DNA of 64,000 nucleotides from an uncultured virus (IMG/VR IMGVR_UViG_3300027714_000006) (IMGVR_UViG_3300027714_000006), one strand, 5' to 3'; positions 8,379 through 19,384 are shown, counted from the stretch's first letter. The notes: generated by a model not told the origin, from the sequence alone. Numbers and translations are program-made.

Positions 8379-10112
8379 ATGGCTATGAATAGACAAGAAT
8401 ATATAAAAGAATACGCTAAGTGTTATAAAGACACCGATTATGCTCTAAGAACATATTTGGAAACTTATGATAATACTCAGAGTAAGTACGTCCCATTTAA
8501 ATTATTTCCCGAACAAGTAGAGATGATTCATGACTATGAAAACTATAATGATAATATAGTTTTAAAGTATCGTCAGGCAGGAGTGTCTACCGCTACATCA
8601 GCTTGGATATCTAAAACACTACAATTCGCATCAAAAGAAAAACCAGAAAAAATACTTATATTAGCTAATAAATTAGATACGGCAGTAGAGATGGCTAGTA
8701 AAATAAAAGGATTTTTACGTCAGTGGCCCGATTGGATAAATGTTGGGTTTTCTAAAGACAAAGACACTCAAAAACATTATAAATTAAATAATGATTCAGA
8801 AGTAAAAGCTGTAGCAACATCTGTGGATGCGTTGAGGGGTTACACGCCCACTATGTTAATATTTGATGAGGCGGCTTACATAGAGTCCGGTGATGATTTA
8901 TGGGCAGCGTGTATGGCATCTTTAGCTACAGGGGGTAAGGTTGTGGTGATATCCACACCGAACGGATTCGACAGGATTTATTATGAGATATATGACCAAT
9001 CCATTAGAGGACTAAACCAATTTAAAATTAGTAGTTTAACGTGGTTTCGTGACCCTAGATTTAATAAAGGATTAAGGTGGGTAAAAACTAAAGATATTAC
9101 ACATTTCCTATTAAATAGAGATGAGTATAAAGATGAAGAAATATTAGAAAACTCGTTAGATAGGGCTGATGAATTATTACAGTTAGGTTACAAACCATTT
9201 ACTGATTGGTTTGAAAAAATGTGTAAAAAATTAAAGTTTGACAGAAGAAAAATATCACAAGAACTAGAATGTGCATTTTTAGGTTCGGGTGATAATGTTA
9301 TACCTTCAGACACTATAGCTGACTTAATGAAAGACGTGTGTGACCCACTAGAGATATGGGTAGGTAATACTCTATGGGTTTGGAAACCACCAAAAGAAGG
9401 TCATCGTTACATTATGGGGATTGATGTTTCCAGAGGGGATAGTGACGATTTTACATCTTTTACTATTATAGATTTTGATGATAGGGAACAAGTATTAGAA
9501 TACTTAGGGAAAATCCCACCAGATATAGCGGCTGAATTAGCAAATAAATGGGCTATAAAATATAAGTGTTTTATTGTGGTAGACATTACCGGTGGTATGG
9601 GTGTGTCAACGTCTAGAAAATTAATAGAACTAGGATACAAAAATTTATATTATGATAATGTAAAATCTAACGACATTTGGAAGTTCAACCCAAACCAAGA
9701 GGATAAATGTCCCGGGATTAACTTTAACAGTAAAAGAGCACAAATAATACAAGCTCTAGAAGAACAATTAAGGACAGGTTTTATTGTTAGGTCACATAGG
9801 TTAATTAATGAGTTTAAAACATTTGTTTATTTAAATGGTCGTCCAGACCATATGAAAGGACACCACGATGACTTAATTATGGCAATTGCTATGGCATTAT
9901 ACGTAGCCCAAAATTCTTTCGCTGAACTAGAAAGGAACACAAACCAGGCTAAAGCAATGTTAGATAGTTGGGTTACCACCGATGTAGCAAGAGAAGAACC
10001 AACCAGAGGTAATAAACCGGTATGGAGTCCACATACAGTTTCAGGGAGACCTGTCAATATGGACCCAAACAACCCTAAAGAATATTTATGGTTATTCGGA
10101 GGACTAAAATAA
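8379..10112 (+). CDS. terL: Terminase large subunit (T4 gp17-like)
   Basis: KYRQAGVST (Walker A variant), IFDEAAYI (Walker B), ISTPNG, nuclease motifs GIDVSRG and HHDDLIMA. Confidence 0.95.
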   Translation: MAMNRQEYIKEYAKCYKDTDYALRTYLETYDNTQSKYVPFKLFPEQVEMIHDYENYNDNIVLKYRQAGVSTATSAWISKTLQFASKEKPEKILILANKLDTAVEMASKIKGFLRQWPDWINVGFSKDKDTQKHYKLNNDSEVKAVATSVDALRGYTPTMLIFDEAAYIESGDDLWAACMASLATGGKVVVISTPNGFDRIYYEIYDQSIRGLNQFKISSLTWFRDPRFNKGLRWVKTKDITHFLLNRDEYKDEEILENSLDRADELLQLGYKPFTDWFEKMCKKLKFDRRKISQELECAFLGSGDNVIPSDTIADLMKDVCDPLEIWVGNTLWVWKPPKEGHRYIMGIDVSRGDSDDFTSFTIIDFDDREQVLEYLGKIPPDIAAELANKWAIKYKCFIVVDITGGMGVSTSRKLIELGYKNLYYDNVKSNDIWKFNPNQEDKCPGINFNSKRAQIIQALEEQLRTGFIVRSHRLINEFKTFVYLNGRPDHMKGHHDDLIMAIAMALYVAQNSFAELERNTNQAKAMLDSWVTTDVAREEPTRGNKPVWSPHTVSGRPVNMDPNNPKEYLWLFGGLK

Positions 10113-10119
10113 TAATAAT

Positions 10120-10365
10120 ATGGGTGTAAGAAAAGTAGGTGGTAATAAATGTGGTAGAGGTTTAACTAGAAATAGTTTTGGTCGTTGCATTAAAAAGAAT
10201 TTAAGACAAGCACTAGACCAGGCTGTTTATGAATGGATATATTTCCCACCCGATTTAAACAAAAGAAACGTACAATCATCTATACCACAAGTACCCTTCG
10301 TTGAGGTCGAGTGTGAAGTAACATATGTATTAGAAGACTATGTTATTTGTGATTATGTGGTCTAG
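10120..10365 (+). CDS. Hypothetical protein
   Basis: 81-aa ORF filling the terminase-portal gap; TATTTAT at 10083-10089. Confidence 0.55.
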   Translation: MGVRKVGGNKCGRGLTRNSFGRCIKKNLRQALDQAVYEWIYFPPDLNKRNVQSSIPQVPFVEVECEVTYVLEDYVICDYVV

Positions 10366-10404
10366 ATAATTGACAACCGATATTATTATCGTAAATTTAA
10401 AATT

Positions 10405-12255
10405 ATGGCAGAAAAAAACTTAACATTATATCAGAGACTAGCTTCCCTGTTTGGACCAAATGGCCCAAGAGCCCCAAAACCATCATACGATTTTGATAAG
10501 GAAGTGCTTTTAAGAACAACCGACAAAGCTGAGTACGAAAAAGAAAAACTACAACAACAACAATCATCTTATATAAATAATCAATGGAGTAAGGTAGAAA
10601 ACCAACTATACCAACAAGCGGTCTACTATGAACCTACAAGGTTAGCTTCTTATTATGACTATGAATCCATGGAGTTTACTCCGGAAATTTCAGCAGCTTT
10701 AGATATTATGGCTGACGAAGCAACAACAATGTCAGAACAAGGGTTTATGTTGAACATATACTCCGAATCAAAAAGAATAAAAAGTATCTTAGCAGACCTA
10801 TTCAATAATGTGATAGATGTGGAAACTAATTTACCTATGTGGATTAGAAATACTTGTAAATACGGTGATAATTTTGTGTATCTTAAAGTGGACCCTAAAA
10901 AGGGGGTTTTAGGTGTAAACCAACTACCAAACATAGAAATTGAAAGAATTGAAAATAAACCAGACGCTTATGGTGCTGGAGCATTTGACGGTGACACTGA
11001 AGATAGGAAGATAGAGTTTGGTTGGAAAGATAAGGATATGGTTTTTAAAAATTGGGAAGTAGCTCATTTTAGGTTATTGGGTGACGATAGAAGATTACCA
11101 TATGGCACCTCGGTACTAGATAAGTCTAGAAGAATATGGAAACAATTATTGTTAGCTGAAGATGCCATGTTGATTTATAGGACTTCTAGAGCACCAGAAA
11201 GAAGGGTATTTAAGGTCTATGTTGGGAATATGGATGATAAAGATGTTGAGGCTTATGTACAAAGAATCGCTAATAAATTTAAAAGAGACCAAGTTGTTGA
11301 CCCACAAAATGGTAATGTGGATTTAAGGTACAATCAATTAGCTGTGGACCAAGATTACTTTATCCCAGTTCGTGACCCGGCAGCACCTATGCCAATAGAA
11401 ACTTTACCCGGTGCACAGAATTTAAGTGAGATTGCGGATATTGAGTACATACAGAAAAAATTATTAGCTGCATTACGTGTACCTAAAGCTTTTTTAGGTT
11501 TTGAAGACGTAGTAGGTGAGGGTAAAAATTTATCATTACAAGACATTAGATTTGCAAGAACGATAAACCACGTCCAAAAAGCTATTATACAAGAACTAAA
11601 TAAAATAGCAATAATACATTTGTATATATTAGGTTTTGAAGACGAGTTAGATAATTTTACATTAGGGTTAACTAACCCATCCACACAATCGGACTTACTA
11701 AAAATTGAACTTTGGAAAGAAAAAGTTACGTTATATAGAGACTGTGTTACCGACCCAGGAAATGGGATTCAAGCAACGTCATCAACATGGGCTAAAAAGA
11801 ATGTGTTGGGTATGAGTGATGAAGAAGTTAAGTTAGATTTACAACAACAAAGAATAGAGAAAGCTGTTGGTGAAGAATTGGGTAAAACTGGTGAAGTTAT
11901 AACAAGTACTGGTATTTTTGATAAAATTGATGCTTTATACGGAACACCAAAAGAAGACGCAGGAGGTGCAGAATCAGGTACAGAAGAAGGTGAAGACACT
12001 GGAGGATTTGGTGACGTACCACCACCTTCAGGGGGTGACCTAGGAGGTGATGCCCCAGAAGAACCACCAGCTGAAGAAGGTGGAGCTGGAGGAGCTGATA
12101 TGGGTGCAGACTTAGAGATAGAAATGTTTGCCAGAGATTCGGACTTACCACTAATTCTTGAGGATAGAACAAACAACGGAGTAATAAAACTTAATAAGGG
12201 TGTTAAGGAATTAGAGGATGTTAGTAAGAACCTAGAAGATTTACTAAAAGATTAG
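10405..12255 (+). CDS. Portal protein (T4 gp20-like)
   Basis: EDAMLIYRTSRAPERRVFKVYVGNM, QDYFIPVR, IETLPGAQNLSEIADIEY and AALRVPK. Confidence 0.95.
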   Translation: MAEKNLTLYQRLASLFGPNGPRAPKPSYDFDKEVLLRTTDKAEYEKEKLQQQQSSYINNQWSKVENQLYQQAVYYEPTRLASYYDYESMEFTPEISAALDIMADEATTMSEQGFMLNIYSESKRIKSILADLFNNVIDVETNLPMWIRNTCKYGDNFVYLKVDPKKGVLGVNQLPNIEIERIENKPDAYGAGAFDGDTEDRKIEFGWKDKDMVFKNWEVAHFRLLGDDRRLPYGTSVLDKSRRIWKQLLLAEDAMLIYRTSRAPERRVFKVYVGNMDDKDVEAYVQRIANKFKRDQVVDPQNGNVDLRYNQLAVDQDYFIPVRDPAAPMPIETLPGAQNLSEIADIEYIQKKLLAALRVPKAFLGFEDVVGEGKNLSLQDIRFARTINHVQKAIIQELNKIAIIHLYILGFEDELDNFTLGLTNPSTQSDLLKIELWKEKVTLYRDCVTDPGNGIQATSSTWAKKNVLGMSDEEVKLDLQQQRIEKAVGEELGKTGEVITSTGIFDKIDALYGTPKEDAGGAESGTEEGEDTGGFGDVPPPSGGDLGGDAPEEPPAEEGGAGGADMGADLEIEMFARDSDLPLILEDRTNNGVIKLNKGVKELEDVSKNLEDLLKD

Positions 12256-12279
12256 ATATTTATAGTAAAATATAAATCT

Positions 12280-13011
12280 ATGTTTGGTAAAATAAAAAAG
12301 GGAATCAACGACATTCTAACAGAATCATATTCTAACAAAAGCACATTTAAAAGAAATTTTAATGTATTAATGGGGTCTTTAAAAAAGACCAAAACACTAA
12401 GAGAATTTTTTACACTGTATGGTGAAATAGATAAACAAAGGTTCACTGATAAAAATGAGGCAAGGATTTTCTTAGAAAACGTCCTAACTGAACTAAAATC
12501 AAAATCTAAAGTTCTAATAGCGGAATCCACAAATATTAATAAACTAATAGAAAAAAGTCCTTATTATAAGGGTGATAGTGAAAAAATTTATCAAAAACTA
12601 GATAAACTTATTTTTGAAAACTTTTCATATAACCCAAGAAAACATAATGAAATAAAAAAAGAATTAGTAACGTGGTTAAATCAACCAGAACAAATTAATG
12701 AAACAACAACAGTAAGACATTCATTATTAGTTTCTAGTTTAACTAGGTTATATAATGAAAAATATTCTTCTTTAAGTGAATCCGACAAAGGTAAACTAAA
12801 AGAATACCTATCCATAGAAGTGGGAGAACTCAAAGAAAAAGTGGATACAAGTAAAGACAATCTAAATAAGTTACTAACGAACCTAATCAAAGAAACTGAA
12901 AATACAGAGTTAAAAGATAAACTTTTAGTTGTAGAAAATGAGGTGGTTGATTGTGGGTATAGAAAAAAAGACTTATTAAGGTTACAACAATTAGAAGAGG
13001 ACCTATCTTAG
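12280..13011 (+). CDS. Hypothetical head-module protein
   Basis: Between portal and protease; TATTTATA at 12257; several (I/L)-x-E sites. Confidence 0.65.
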   Translation: MFGKIKKGINDILTESYSNKSTFKRNFNVLMGSLKKTKTLREFFTLYGEIDKQRFTDKNEARIFLENVLTELKSKSKVLIAESTNINKLIEKSPYYKGDSEKIYQKLDKLIFENFSYNPRKHNEIKKELVTWLNQPEQINETTTVRHSLLVSSLTRLYNEKYSSLSESDKGKLKEYLSIEVGELKEKVDTSKDNLNKLLTNLIKETENTELKDKLLVVENEVVDCGYRKKDLLRLQQLEEDLS

Positions 13012-13066
13012 ATTATTTTGACTTATAAGTAATTCGTTAGTATATTTTACTAAAATAGAATATATC

Positions 13067-13498
13067 ATGAAGTCAGGAAAACAAATCAAATTTAACCTAC
13101 ACCCTAGTTTTAAAACTAACTACGGGACAGTAGACTCCAAGAATTTTAAATCGCTATATATGAATCTTTCATCTTGGGCCCAACCAATTAACGAAGCACC
13201 TAATTGGGTTAGGGTTGTTGGGTTATTAAAAAGAGATATTAAAATTAGTTTAAATGAGGTATTGGACGATAACTTATTTAAAACAGAAAAAAATATTGTA
13301 GATTTGGATTTACGAACAAGTGGTATCGAACTATTAAAAAGAAGTTATATTTCTTGTGAAATAACCCTATTTCTTAAAGTTAAAGAGAACATCCGTTCAC
13401 AAACAATAAAAGATTCTGTACACAAAACAATAGGTCATATTCAAAACCAGAATTTTAAAAATAACAAATACTTTAACTTCTACTCAAATAAAAAATAA
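13067..13498 (+). CDS. Hypothetical protein
   Basis: 143-aa basic ORF with a TTGACT-N17-TATATTT promoter-like element at 13018-13047. Confidence 0.7.
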   Translation: MKSGKQIKFNLHPSFKTNYGTVDSKNFKSLYMNLSSWAQPINEAPNWVRVVGLLKRDIKISLNEVLDDNLFKTEKNIVDLDLRTSGIELLKRSYISCEITLFLKVKENIRSQTIKDSVHKTIGHIQNQNFKNNKYFNFYSNKK

Positions 13499-13541
13499 TT
13501 TTAATTATCTCTATTGTATTTATATGTAAAGATATTAATCT

Positions 13542-14267
13542 ATGCGTACATATAAATTACTTGAAGCTAACGAAATCGGTAAAGGAGTCCTACTAGAAAT
13601 TGATGCGGGACACATATCACCACACTACGATTTAAATAAAAAAATAATAACAGAAACCAAAGGATTTAAAGATTCTGAAGGTGTTTTTATTTATGCTGTC
13701 CTACAGAAGTGTGGGGTTCAAAACAGAAATGGTAGGATATACCCAGCAGACATATTAAAGAGAGAGGTAGACAAATACCAACAACTAATAGGACAAGGTA
13801 GAGCCTTATCCGAATTAAATCACCCAGAATCGTCATTAGTGGACTTAGAAAGAAGTTCCCATAGAGTTGTGGAGACTTTTTGGGACGGGGACACATTAAT
13901 GGGGAAACTACAAATACTAACCTCACCAGCTTACCACACTAAGGGTATTATCTCATGTGTTGGTGATATAGCAGCTAATCTATTAAGACATGGTGTTACT
14001 CTAGGTATTTCTTCTAGGGGTGTAGGGTCACTAAAGAGTGAAGGAGGAAAAAATATAGTACAAGATGATTTTGAATTGATATGTTTTGATTTAGTGTCGT
14101 CACCATCAACTCCAGGAGCTTACCTATTCAAAGACATAAAAGACAAAGACAAATATGAAGAGACTTTAGAAGAGGCAACACCACCACCAATACCAGCAGA
14201 TTTTAATGGTCCAAATACACATGCTTTAACTATGATGAAGAAGTTAAACAACTTTTTAGATAGATAA
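13542..14267 (+). CDS. Prohead core protease (T4 gp21-like)
   Basis: NRNGRIYP, SELNHP, GISSRGVGSL and FDLVSSPSTPGA. Confidence 0.93.
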   Translation: MRTYKLLEANEIGKGVLLEIDAGHISPHYDLNKKIITETKGFKDSEGVFIYAVLQKCGVQNRNGRIYPADILKREVDKYQQLIGQGRALSELNHPESSLVDLERSSHRVVETFWDGDTLMGKLQILTSPAYHTKGIISCVGDIAANLLRHGVTLGISSRGVGSLKSEGGKNIVQDDFELICFDLVSSPSTPGAYLFKDIKDKDKYEETLEEATPPPIPADFNGPNTHALTMMKKLNNFLDR

Positions 14268-14369
14268 AGTTAAATTTTACGGGTTTTGAGGTGTAAAACA
14301 CAAACTTTTTACGTACCCCTCACTATTTATGTATGAATAAAACTATAATAAAAATATATAAGATAATTT

Positions 14370-15851
14370 ATGAGTAATAAATCCTTACTTGAATCGGCTC
14401 TGATTGAAGCCCAACAGATTGAAGAAACTGTTAAATCCAATGCAAAAGAAATACTTGCTTCTACCATGAAGGAAGAAATTGAAGAACTGGTAAAAGAATC
14501 ATTATCCAACAATGGTTTAAAAACAAAAAAAGTAATAAAAGAACAAGAACTCGAAGCTATGGTCGATGATGACGAAGATGTCATGGACATGGACGATGAG
14601 GGAGGAGACACAGAAATGGAGGACGTTTTAGCTATGGCGGACGAAATTGATGTTGACGATATCCCATCACCTGAAGGCGATGACGAGTTTGAACCACTAG
14701 ACTTAACACAAGCATCGGATGAAGATGTACTAAAAGTCTTTAAAGCTATGGGTGCTGAAGATGGCGTAATCGTAAAACAGGACGATGATGTAATCAGCAT
14801 AGAAGATGAGGGTACTGGAGAGGAGTACCGAATAGAGTTAGACGAATCTAAAAAAGATGATGTCGATATGAACGAAGAAGATGAAGACGAGGACGACGTT
14901 GATGTTGAAGCGGAAGACTTGGAAGAAGATGATGGAAATTATTTTGGTGATGCAGCTGAAGATGACTACTCACAAATTGAGAAGTTAGAAAAGGATGCAC
15001 ATTATGATTCTGAACGTCATGACGATATGGAAGAAACGCAAGAACCAACGTATGAAGTTGATATGGACATGGACATGGATGAAGTGGACATGGAAACTGA
15101 TATGGAAGAAAACTATGGTGGTAAGAAAGGTGATATCCCAACGGGAGACCGTAAAAAGAAAGGTCGTTATGGCCGAGGGGGAAAGACTAGAGAAACAGCC
15201 AAAGAAGAAGGGGAAGCAGATTTTCAAGAAATGTATCGTGGAAACAACCTAAGTCAAAAAGTTCATGCAGGTAATAGAACTAACAAGTTCAATAAAGCTG
15301 CAAGAGAAAAAGCCGGAATCAATATGAATGAGTCTAAACGTTCTATAAGAACTCGTTTTATAAACGAAAGAAAAAGAATGGACGACACTAAAATTCTTAC
15401 TGAAACTATCGATAATCTAAAAGGGGAAGTTGGTATTCTTAAAAACAAAAATGGAGAATATAAAAAAGCTCTTAAAATGTTTAGAGACAAGTTAAATGAA
15501 GTCGCTGTATTCAATTCTAACTTAGCTTACGCTACGAAATTGTTTACAGAACACACAACTAACAAGTCTGAGAAAATTAACATTCTTAGAAGGTTTGACT
15601 CAGTTGAATCTCTTAAAGAATCTAAAGCACTATATAAGAACGTGAAGAAACAACTTTCTTCTAGTACTAAAAGTGTTGTAACAGAATCTTACGAGAGTAA
15701 AAATAGCAAAAAGACTGTACAACTTAGTGAAAGTGTACAAAAAAAGATAAATAAATCTCCTGCGACGGGAGCATCGAAATTGAGAGAATCAAGAACGTAT
15801 GTTGACCCACAAATCGCAAGAAGTTTAGATATCATGAGTAAAATAAAATAA
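14370..15851 (+). CDS. Prohead core scaffold protein (gp22-like position)
   Basis: Acidic, coiled-coil C-terminus, many LxE sites; lies between protease and capsid genes. Confidence 0.75.
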   Translation: MSNKSLLESALIEAQQIEETVKSNAKEILASTMKEEIEELVKESLSNNGLKTKKVIKEQELEAMVDDDEDVMDMDDEGGDTEMEDVLAMADEIDVDDIPSPEGDDEFEPLDLTQASDEDVLKVFKAMGAEDGVIVKQDDDVISIEDEGTGEEYRIELDESKKDDVDMNEEDEDEDDVDVEAEDLEEDDGNYFGDAAEDDYSQIEKLEKDAHYDSERHDDMEETQEPTYEVDMDMDMDEVDMETDMEENYGGKKGDIPTGDRKKKGRYGRGGKTRETAKEEGEADFQEMYRGNNLSQKVHAGNRTNKFNKAAREKAGINMNESKRSIRTRFINERKRMDDTKILTETIDNLKGEVGILKNKNGEYKKALKMFRDKLNEVAVFNSNLAYATKLFTEHTTNKSEKINILRRFDSVESLKESKALYKNVKKQLSSSTKSVVTESYESKNSKKTVQLSESVQKKINKSPATGASKLRESRTYVDPQIARSLDIMSKIK

Positions 15852-15879
15852 TAACCAAAAATAAAAAAAATTAAAAATT

Positions 15880-17718
15880 ATGGGTGCTTTATTAGAATCA
15901 GGATTAGTAGGTAATATCGGATTGAAACATCTTAAAGTTATTAGAGAAGACACTATTGAAAAATGGAACAAACTTGGTTTCTTGGATGGACTTAAAGGTC
16001 ATACAAGAGAAAACATCGCTCAGTTATATGAAAACCAAGCGACGCATTTAATCAACGAGGCAACACAAGCTGATGCCTCAGGTTCATTTGAAACAGTTGT
16101 TTTCCCAATAATTAGAAGAGTATTTTCTAAATTACTAGCTAACGACATTGTATCGGTACAAGCTTTGAACTTACCAATTGGTAAATTGTTCTACTTCGTA
16201 CCAAAAATCTCCGACAGACGTTGGGGAGGTGCTGCAGATAACACTTGGAATCATTTCGAACCAAAAGGAATGCCAGGTGCAACTAACGCAAATCAACAAA
16301 CTTACGACACTGTAAACTTATATGACCAATACTATGAAGATGGTAGAGGTTTATTCGATATTTCGAAAGGTAGATATTCAGGTGTGTCACGTACAGCTCA
16401 ATTTGTAACGTGGAACACTACTGGTGGAACAATGACTCCATCCACTATCTACGAAACTCTTACTGGTTCAACTACTAGTGGGACATATAATAGTTACGAC
16501 TGTCTTAATGGTGGACTTAGAAGCTTACTTGTTAGAGTAGGTGGATTTAATAACTTAGGACAAGGTAAATTAGTTGGACCTAATGGTAACGAGATGGATA
16601 CTGAAGAGTTCTTGTCTTCTTTGAAATTCAAAGCGACAAATCCTGTAACTTGTTGTCCAACTGGTAGTACTACTCAGGTAGTTGCAGCTCAAGGGTATGT
16701 ACCTTTTAGATTAGTAACTCAGAAATACGGAAAAGGTATTGTAGATAATATTCCAGGACAAGGTACTTCTTACTGGCCAGGAAAAGATTCTACTTATGAC
16801 AACGTTTGTGATGGTGAAGGTTACCTTTACGTTGAATTAGACTTATCATGTCCAGCATGTATTACATGTGAGTCTGTAGATGGTTACGTTGGAGCTAATG
16901 TTAACGCAACACTAGCAACTACTAACTTTACTGCTGAGTACAGAATTTACCAAGACCTTGAATTTGAAGATGAATTAGGTGAAGTTTCATTTGATTTAGA
17001 CTCTGTAACTGTTTCGGTAACAGAAAGAAAATTAAGAGCTACTTGGTCTCCAGAACTTGCACAAGACGTTAGTGCGTTCCATAACATTGATGCAGAAGCT
17101 GAATTAACAGCTCTATTATCTGAAGAAGTTGCGGCTGAGATAGACCGTGAGATTCTTAAAGATTTAAGAGCGGCAGCATCTTGGACATTAAGATGGGATT
17201 ACAACGGATGGAAACGTTTCCAAGCGGGACAAGCTCCTTATACTCAAAAAGACTGGAATCAAACTCTGATTACTGCTATTAACCAAATTTCAGCACAGAT
17301 TCACAAATCTACGTTGAGAGGTGGTGCTAACTGGATTGTTTGTTCATCTGAATGTTCTGCAATATTTGATGACTTAGAATACTTCCACGCTTCAAACGCA
17401 GCTCCAGACCAAGACCAGTACAATATGGGTATTGAGAAGATTGGAACATTATCAGGTAGATATACTGTATATAGAGACCCTTACTTCCCAGCTAACAAAG
17501 TGTTAATTGGACATAAAGGAACATCTTTATTAGACACAGGATATATTTACGCTCCTTATGTACCATTACAACTTACACCAACAATGTATAATCCATTTAA
17601 CTTTGCACCAATCAAGGGTATCATGACTAGATACGCTAAAAAGGTGGTTAACAATAGATTCTATGGAGCTATTACAATTGACGGTGTTAGAACGTTTGAC
17701 ATTAGAGAACTTAGATAG
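15880..17718 (+). CDS. Major capsid protein (T4 gp23-like) with a Cys-containing insertion
   Basis: ANDIVSVQ, RKLRATWSPELAQD, IDAEAELTALLSEE, AEIDREIL, YAPYVPL and GIMTRYA. Confidence 0.97.
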   Translation: MGALLESGLVGNIGLKHLKVIREDTIEKWNKLGFLDGLKGHTRENIAQLYENQATHLINEATQADASGSFETVVFPIIRRVFSKLLANDIVSVQALNLPIGKLFYFVPKISDRRWGGAADNTWNHFEPKGMPGATNANQQTYDTVNLYDQYYEDGRGLFDISKGRYSGVSRTAQFVTWNTTGGTMTPSTIYETLTGSTTSGTYNSYDCLNGGLRSLLVRVGGFNNLGQGKLVGPNGNEMDTEEFLSSLKFKATNPVTCCPTGSTTQVVAAQGYVPFRLVTQKYGKGIVDNIPGQGTSYWPGKDSTYDNVCDGEGYLYVELDLSCPACITCESVDGYVGANVNATLATTNFTAEYRIYQDLEFEDELGEVSFDLDSVTVSVTERKLRATWSPELAQDVSAFHNIDAEAELTALLSEEVAAEIDREILKDLRAAASWTLRWDYNGWKRFQAGQAPYTQKDWNQTLITAINQISAQIHKSTLRGGANWIVCSSECSAIFDDLEYFHASNAAPDQDQYNMGIEKIGTLSGRYTVYRDPYFPANKVLIGHKGTSLLDTGYIYAPYVPLQLTPTMYNPFNFAPIKGIMTRYAKKVVNNRFYGAITIDGVRTFDIRELR

Positions 17719-17739
17719 TCTTAAGTTTTATATATTAAT

Positions 17740-17768
17740 AAAAAAAGCCCCTTCTGGGGCTTTTTTTT
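17740..17768 (+). terminator. Rho-independent terminator after the capsid gene
   Basis: A7-GCCCC-TTCT-GGGGC-T8. Confidence 0.9.
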
Positions 17769-17780
17769 ATGCCCACAAGT

Positions 17781-17809
17781 TTGACATACCAATTATTTTC
17801 ATTACTTTT
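17781..17809 (+). promoter_or_regulatory. Putative early/middle promoter of the glycan island
   Basis: TTGACA-N16-TACTTTT just before the ATG at 17828. Confidence 0.55.
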
Positions 17810-17827
17810 TGTTCAAATAAAAGAAAT

Positions 17828-19060
17828 ATGAGCCAAATTAAAGTACTAGTAATACCAAGTGATAGAACGGGAGTCTCCAAATTTAGAAGTGTTGACCCAC
17901 ATCTAGCCTTACAAAATTTATATCCAGAAGATTTTTGGGTTGACATTGACTACGAACCACAATTAGAAAATGATGAATACTTAAAAAAATACGATATCAT
18001 TCATTATCACAGAACATTATCACCTAATTACGACTTATCTAAAAAAGTCGCTCCTAGGTTAAAAAAGTTAGGGATAGTCAGTATTATGGATTTGGACGAT
18101 TATTGGTTACCTACAATAGACCATCCAGCTCATATGATGGTAAAACAAAATAATTTAGATAAATTAATTGTAGAAAATTTAAAATTAGCTGAACATGTTA
18201 ATACAACAACACCAATCTTCGCTGACGAAATAAGGAAACTAAACCCATCAGTGGAGGTTTTCCCTAATGCTGTTGACCCCAAAGAAAACCAATTCAAAAT
18301 TGACACACCAGATTCTGATAGGTTAAGGGTGGGTTGGTTAGGTGGTTCATCGCATATGGAAGATTTAAGAATACTATCCGGTGTTGTGGGAAAATTACAA
18401 CCACATATGGATAAATTACAATTTGTATTGTGTGGTTTTGACACTAGAGGGAGTATAACTTTTATAGACCAGGCAACTGGTGAACAAAAACAAAGACCAA
18501 TTGAACCACATGAATCTATATGGTACAAATATGAAGAAATTTTCACTAACAAGTTCAGTACTGTTTCACCAGAATACCATAAACACTTATTAAAATTTGT
18601 TGAGGAAGAATACGCTAATGAGGTTGATATGCCTTATAGAAGGGTGTGGACTAAACCTATTACCACATACGCTTCTAACTATAATAAATTCGATATAAGT
18701 CTTGCTCCGATTAAAGAGCATACATTTAATAGGGTTAAATCCCAATTAAAAGTTATTGAAGCTGGGTTCCATAAGAAAGCATTAATTGCTCAGAATTATG
18801 GTCCATACCAGATAGATTTAATAAGTGCCGCTAACCACGGTGGAGGATTTAATAATGAAGGTAACGCTTTATTAGTTGACACACATAAAAACCACAAAAT
18901 GTGGGATAAACACATAAAAACTTTACTACTTAACCCTTCTTTAAGGGAGGATTTGGGGGAAAGACTATACGAATCGGTACAAAAGTACCATATAGATGTG
19001 GTTACTAAAAATAGAGCGGAGTATTATAAAATGCTCGTAGATAAAAAAAATAAACAATAA
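17828..19060 (+). CDS. Glycosyltransferase, GT-B fold (GT4-like); start corrected from 17663
   Basis: DLDDYW, VGWLGGSSH and FDISLAPI..HTFNRVKSQLKVIEAG; the ORF-track start overlaps the capsid gene and its terminator. Confidence 0.8.
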   Translation: MSQIKVLVIPSDRTGVSKFRSVDPHLALQNLYPEDFWVDIDYEPQLENDEYLKKYDIIHYHRTLSPNYDLSKKVAPRLKKLGIVSIMDLDDYWLPTIDHPAHMMVKQNNLDKLIVENLKLAEHVNTTTPIFADEIRKLNPSVEVFPNAVDPKENQFKIDTPDSDRLRVGWLGGSSHMEDLRILSGVVGKLQPHMDKLQFVLCGFDTRGSITFIDQATGEQKQRPIEPHESIWYKYEEIFTNKFSTVSPEYHKHLLKFVEEEYANEVDMPYRRVWTKPITTYASNYNKFDISLAPIKEHTFNRVKSQLKVIEAGFHKKALIAQNYGPYQIDLISAANHGGGFNNEGNALLVDTHKNHKMWDKHIKTLLLNPSLREDLGERLYESVQKYHIDVVTKNRAEYYKMLVDKKNKQ

Positions 19061-19078
19061 AAACTAAAAACTAAAAAT

Positions 19079-19321
19079 ATGTACTATCAAGCAATCGTAG
19101 CATTCGAGACAGGGGTAATCGACAGTGAAGGAAAACCCAAAGTTAAAAAATTTAAATATATCGTGGAATCAGAATCGGTTTTTGAGGCTAATAAAAGGTT
19201 ATCTCATTATCTTTCAGAAGACACTAGAGACTCAGAAGTTATATCTGTCATCAAAGCACCATATGAAGATATTCTTCACCCACAACTAACACCTAACTAC
19301 TACAATCAAAAATTAGGGTAA
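19079..19321 (+). CDS. Small hypothetical protein (resembles Bacteroidota DUF4494)
   Basis: GKPKVKKFKYIVESESVFEA pattern; resemblance recognised by eye only. Confidence 0.45.
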   Translation: MYYQAIVAFETGVIDSEGKPKVKKFKYIVESESVFEANKRLSHYLSEDTRDSEVISVIKAPYEDILHPQLTPNYYNQKLG

Positions 19322-19384
19322 TATTGTTTGATTTTACTGTTAAGATTTGTTAGTTTTATAAAGAACCAATAAACCTAAAACACT

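Noticed and set aside
8560..8592. Terminase Walker A lacking the GKT lysine (KYRQAGVST)
   Set aside because: Looks like the variant with an upstream Lys seen in other large-phage terminases; all other motifs are intact
8379..17718. Introns, inteins or homing endonucleases in terminase, portal or capsid genes
   Set aside because: ORFs are continuous and of plausible length, with no intein or HNH/LAGLIDADG/GIY-YIG motifs seen
17663..17827. N-terminal extension of the first glycosyltransferase in the ORF track
   Set aside because: Overlaps the capsid gene and spans its terminator; a promoter-like element and ATG at 17828 fit better
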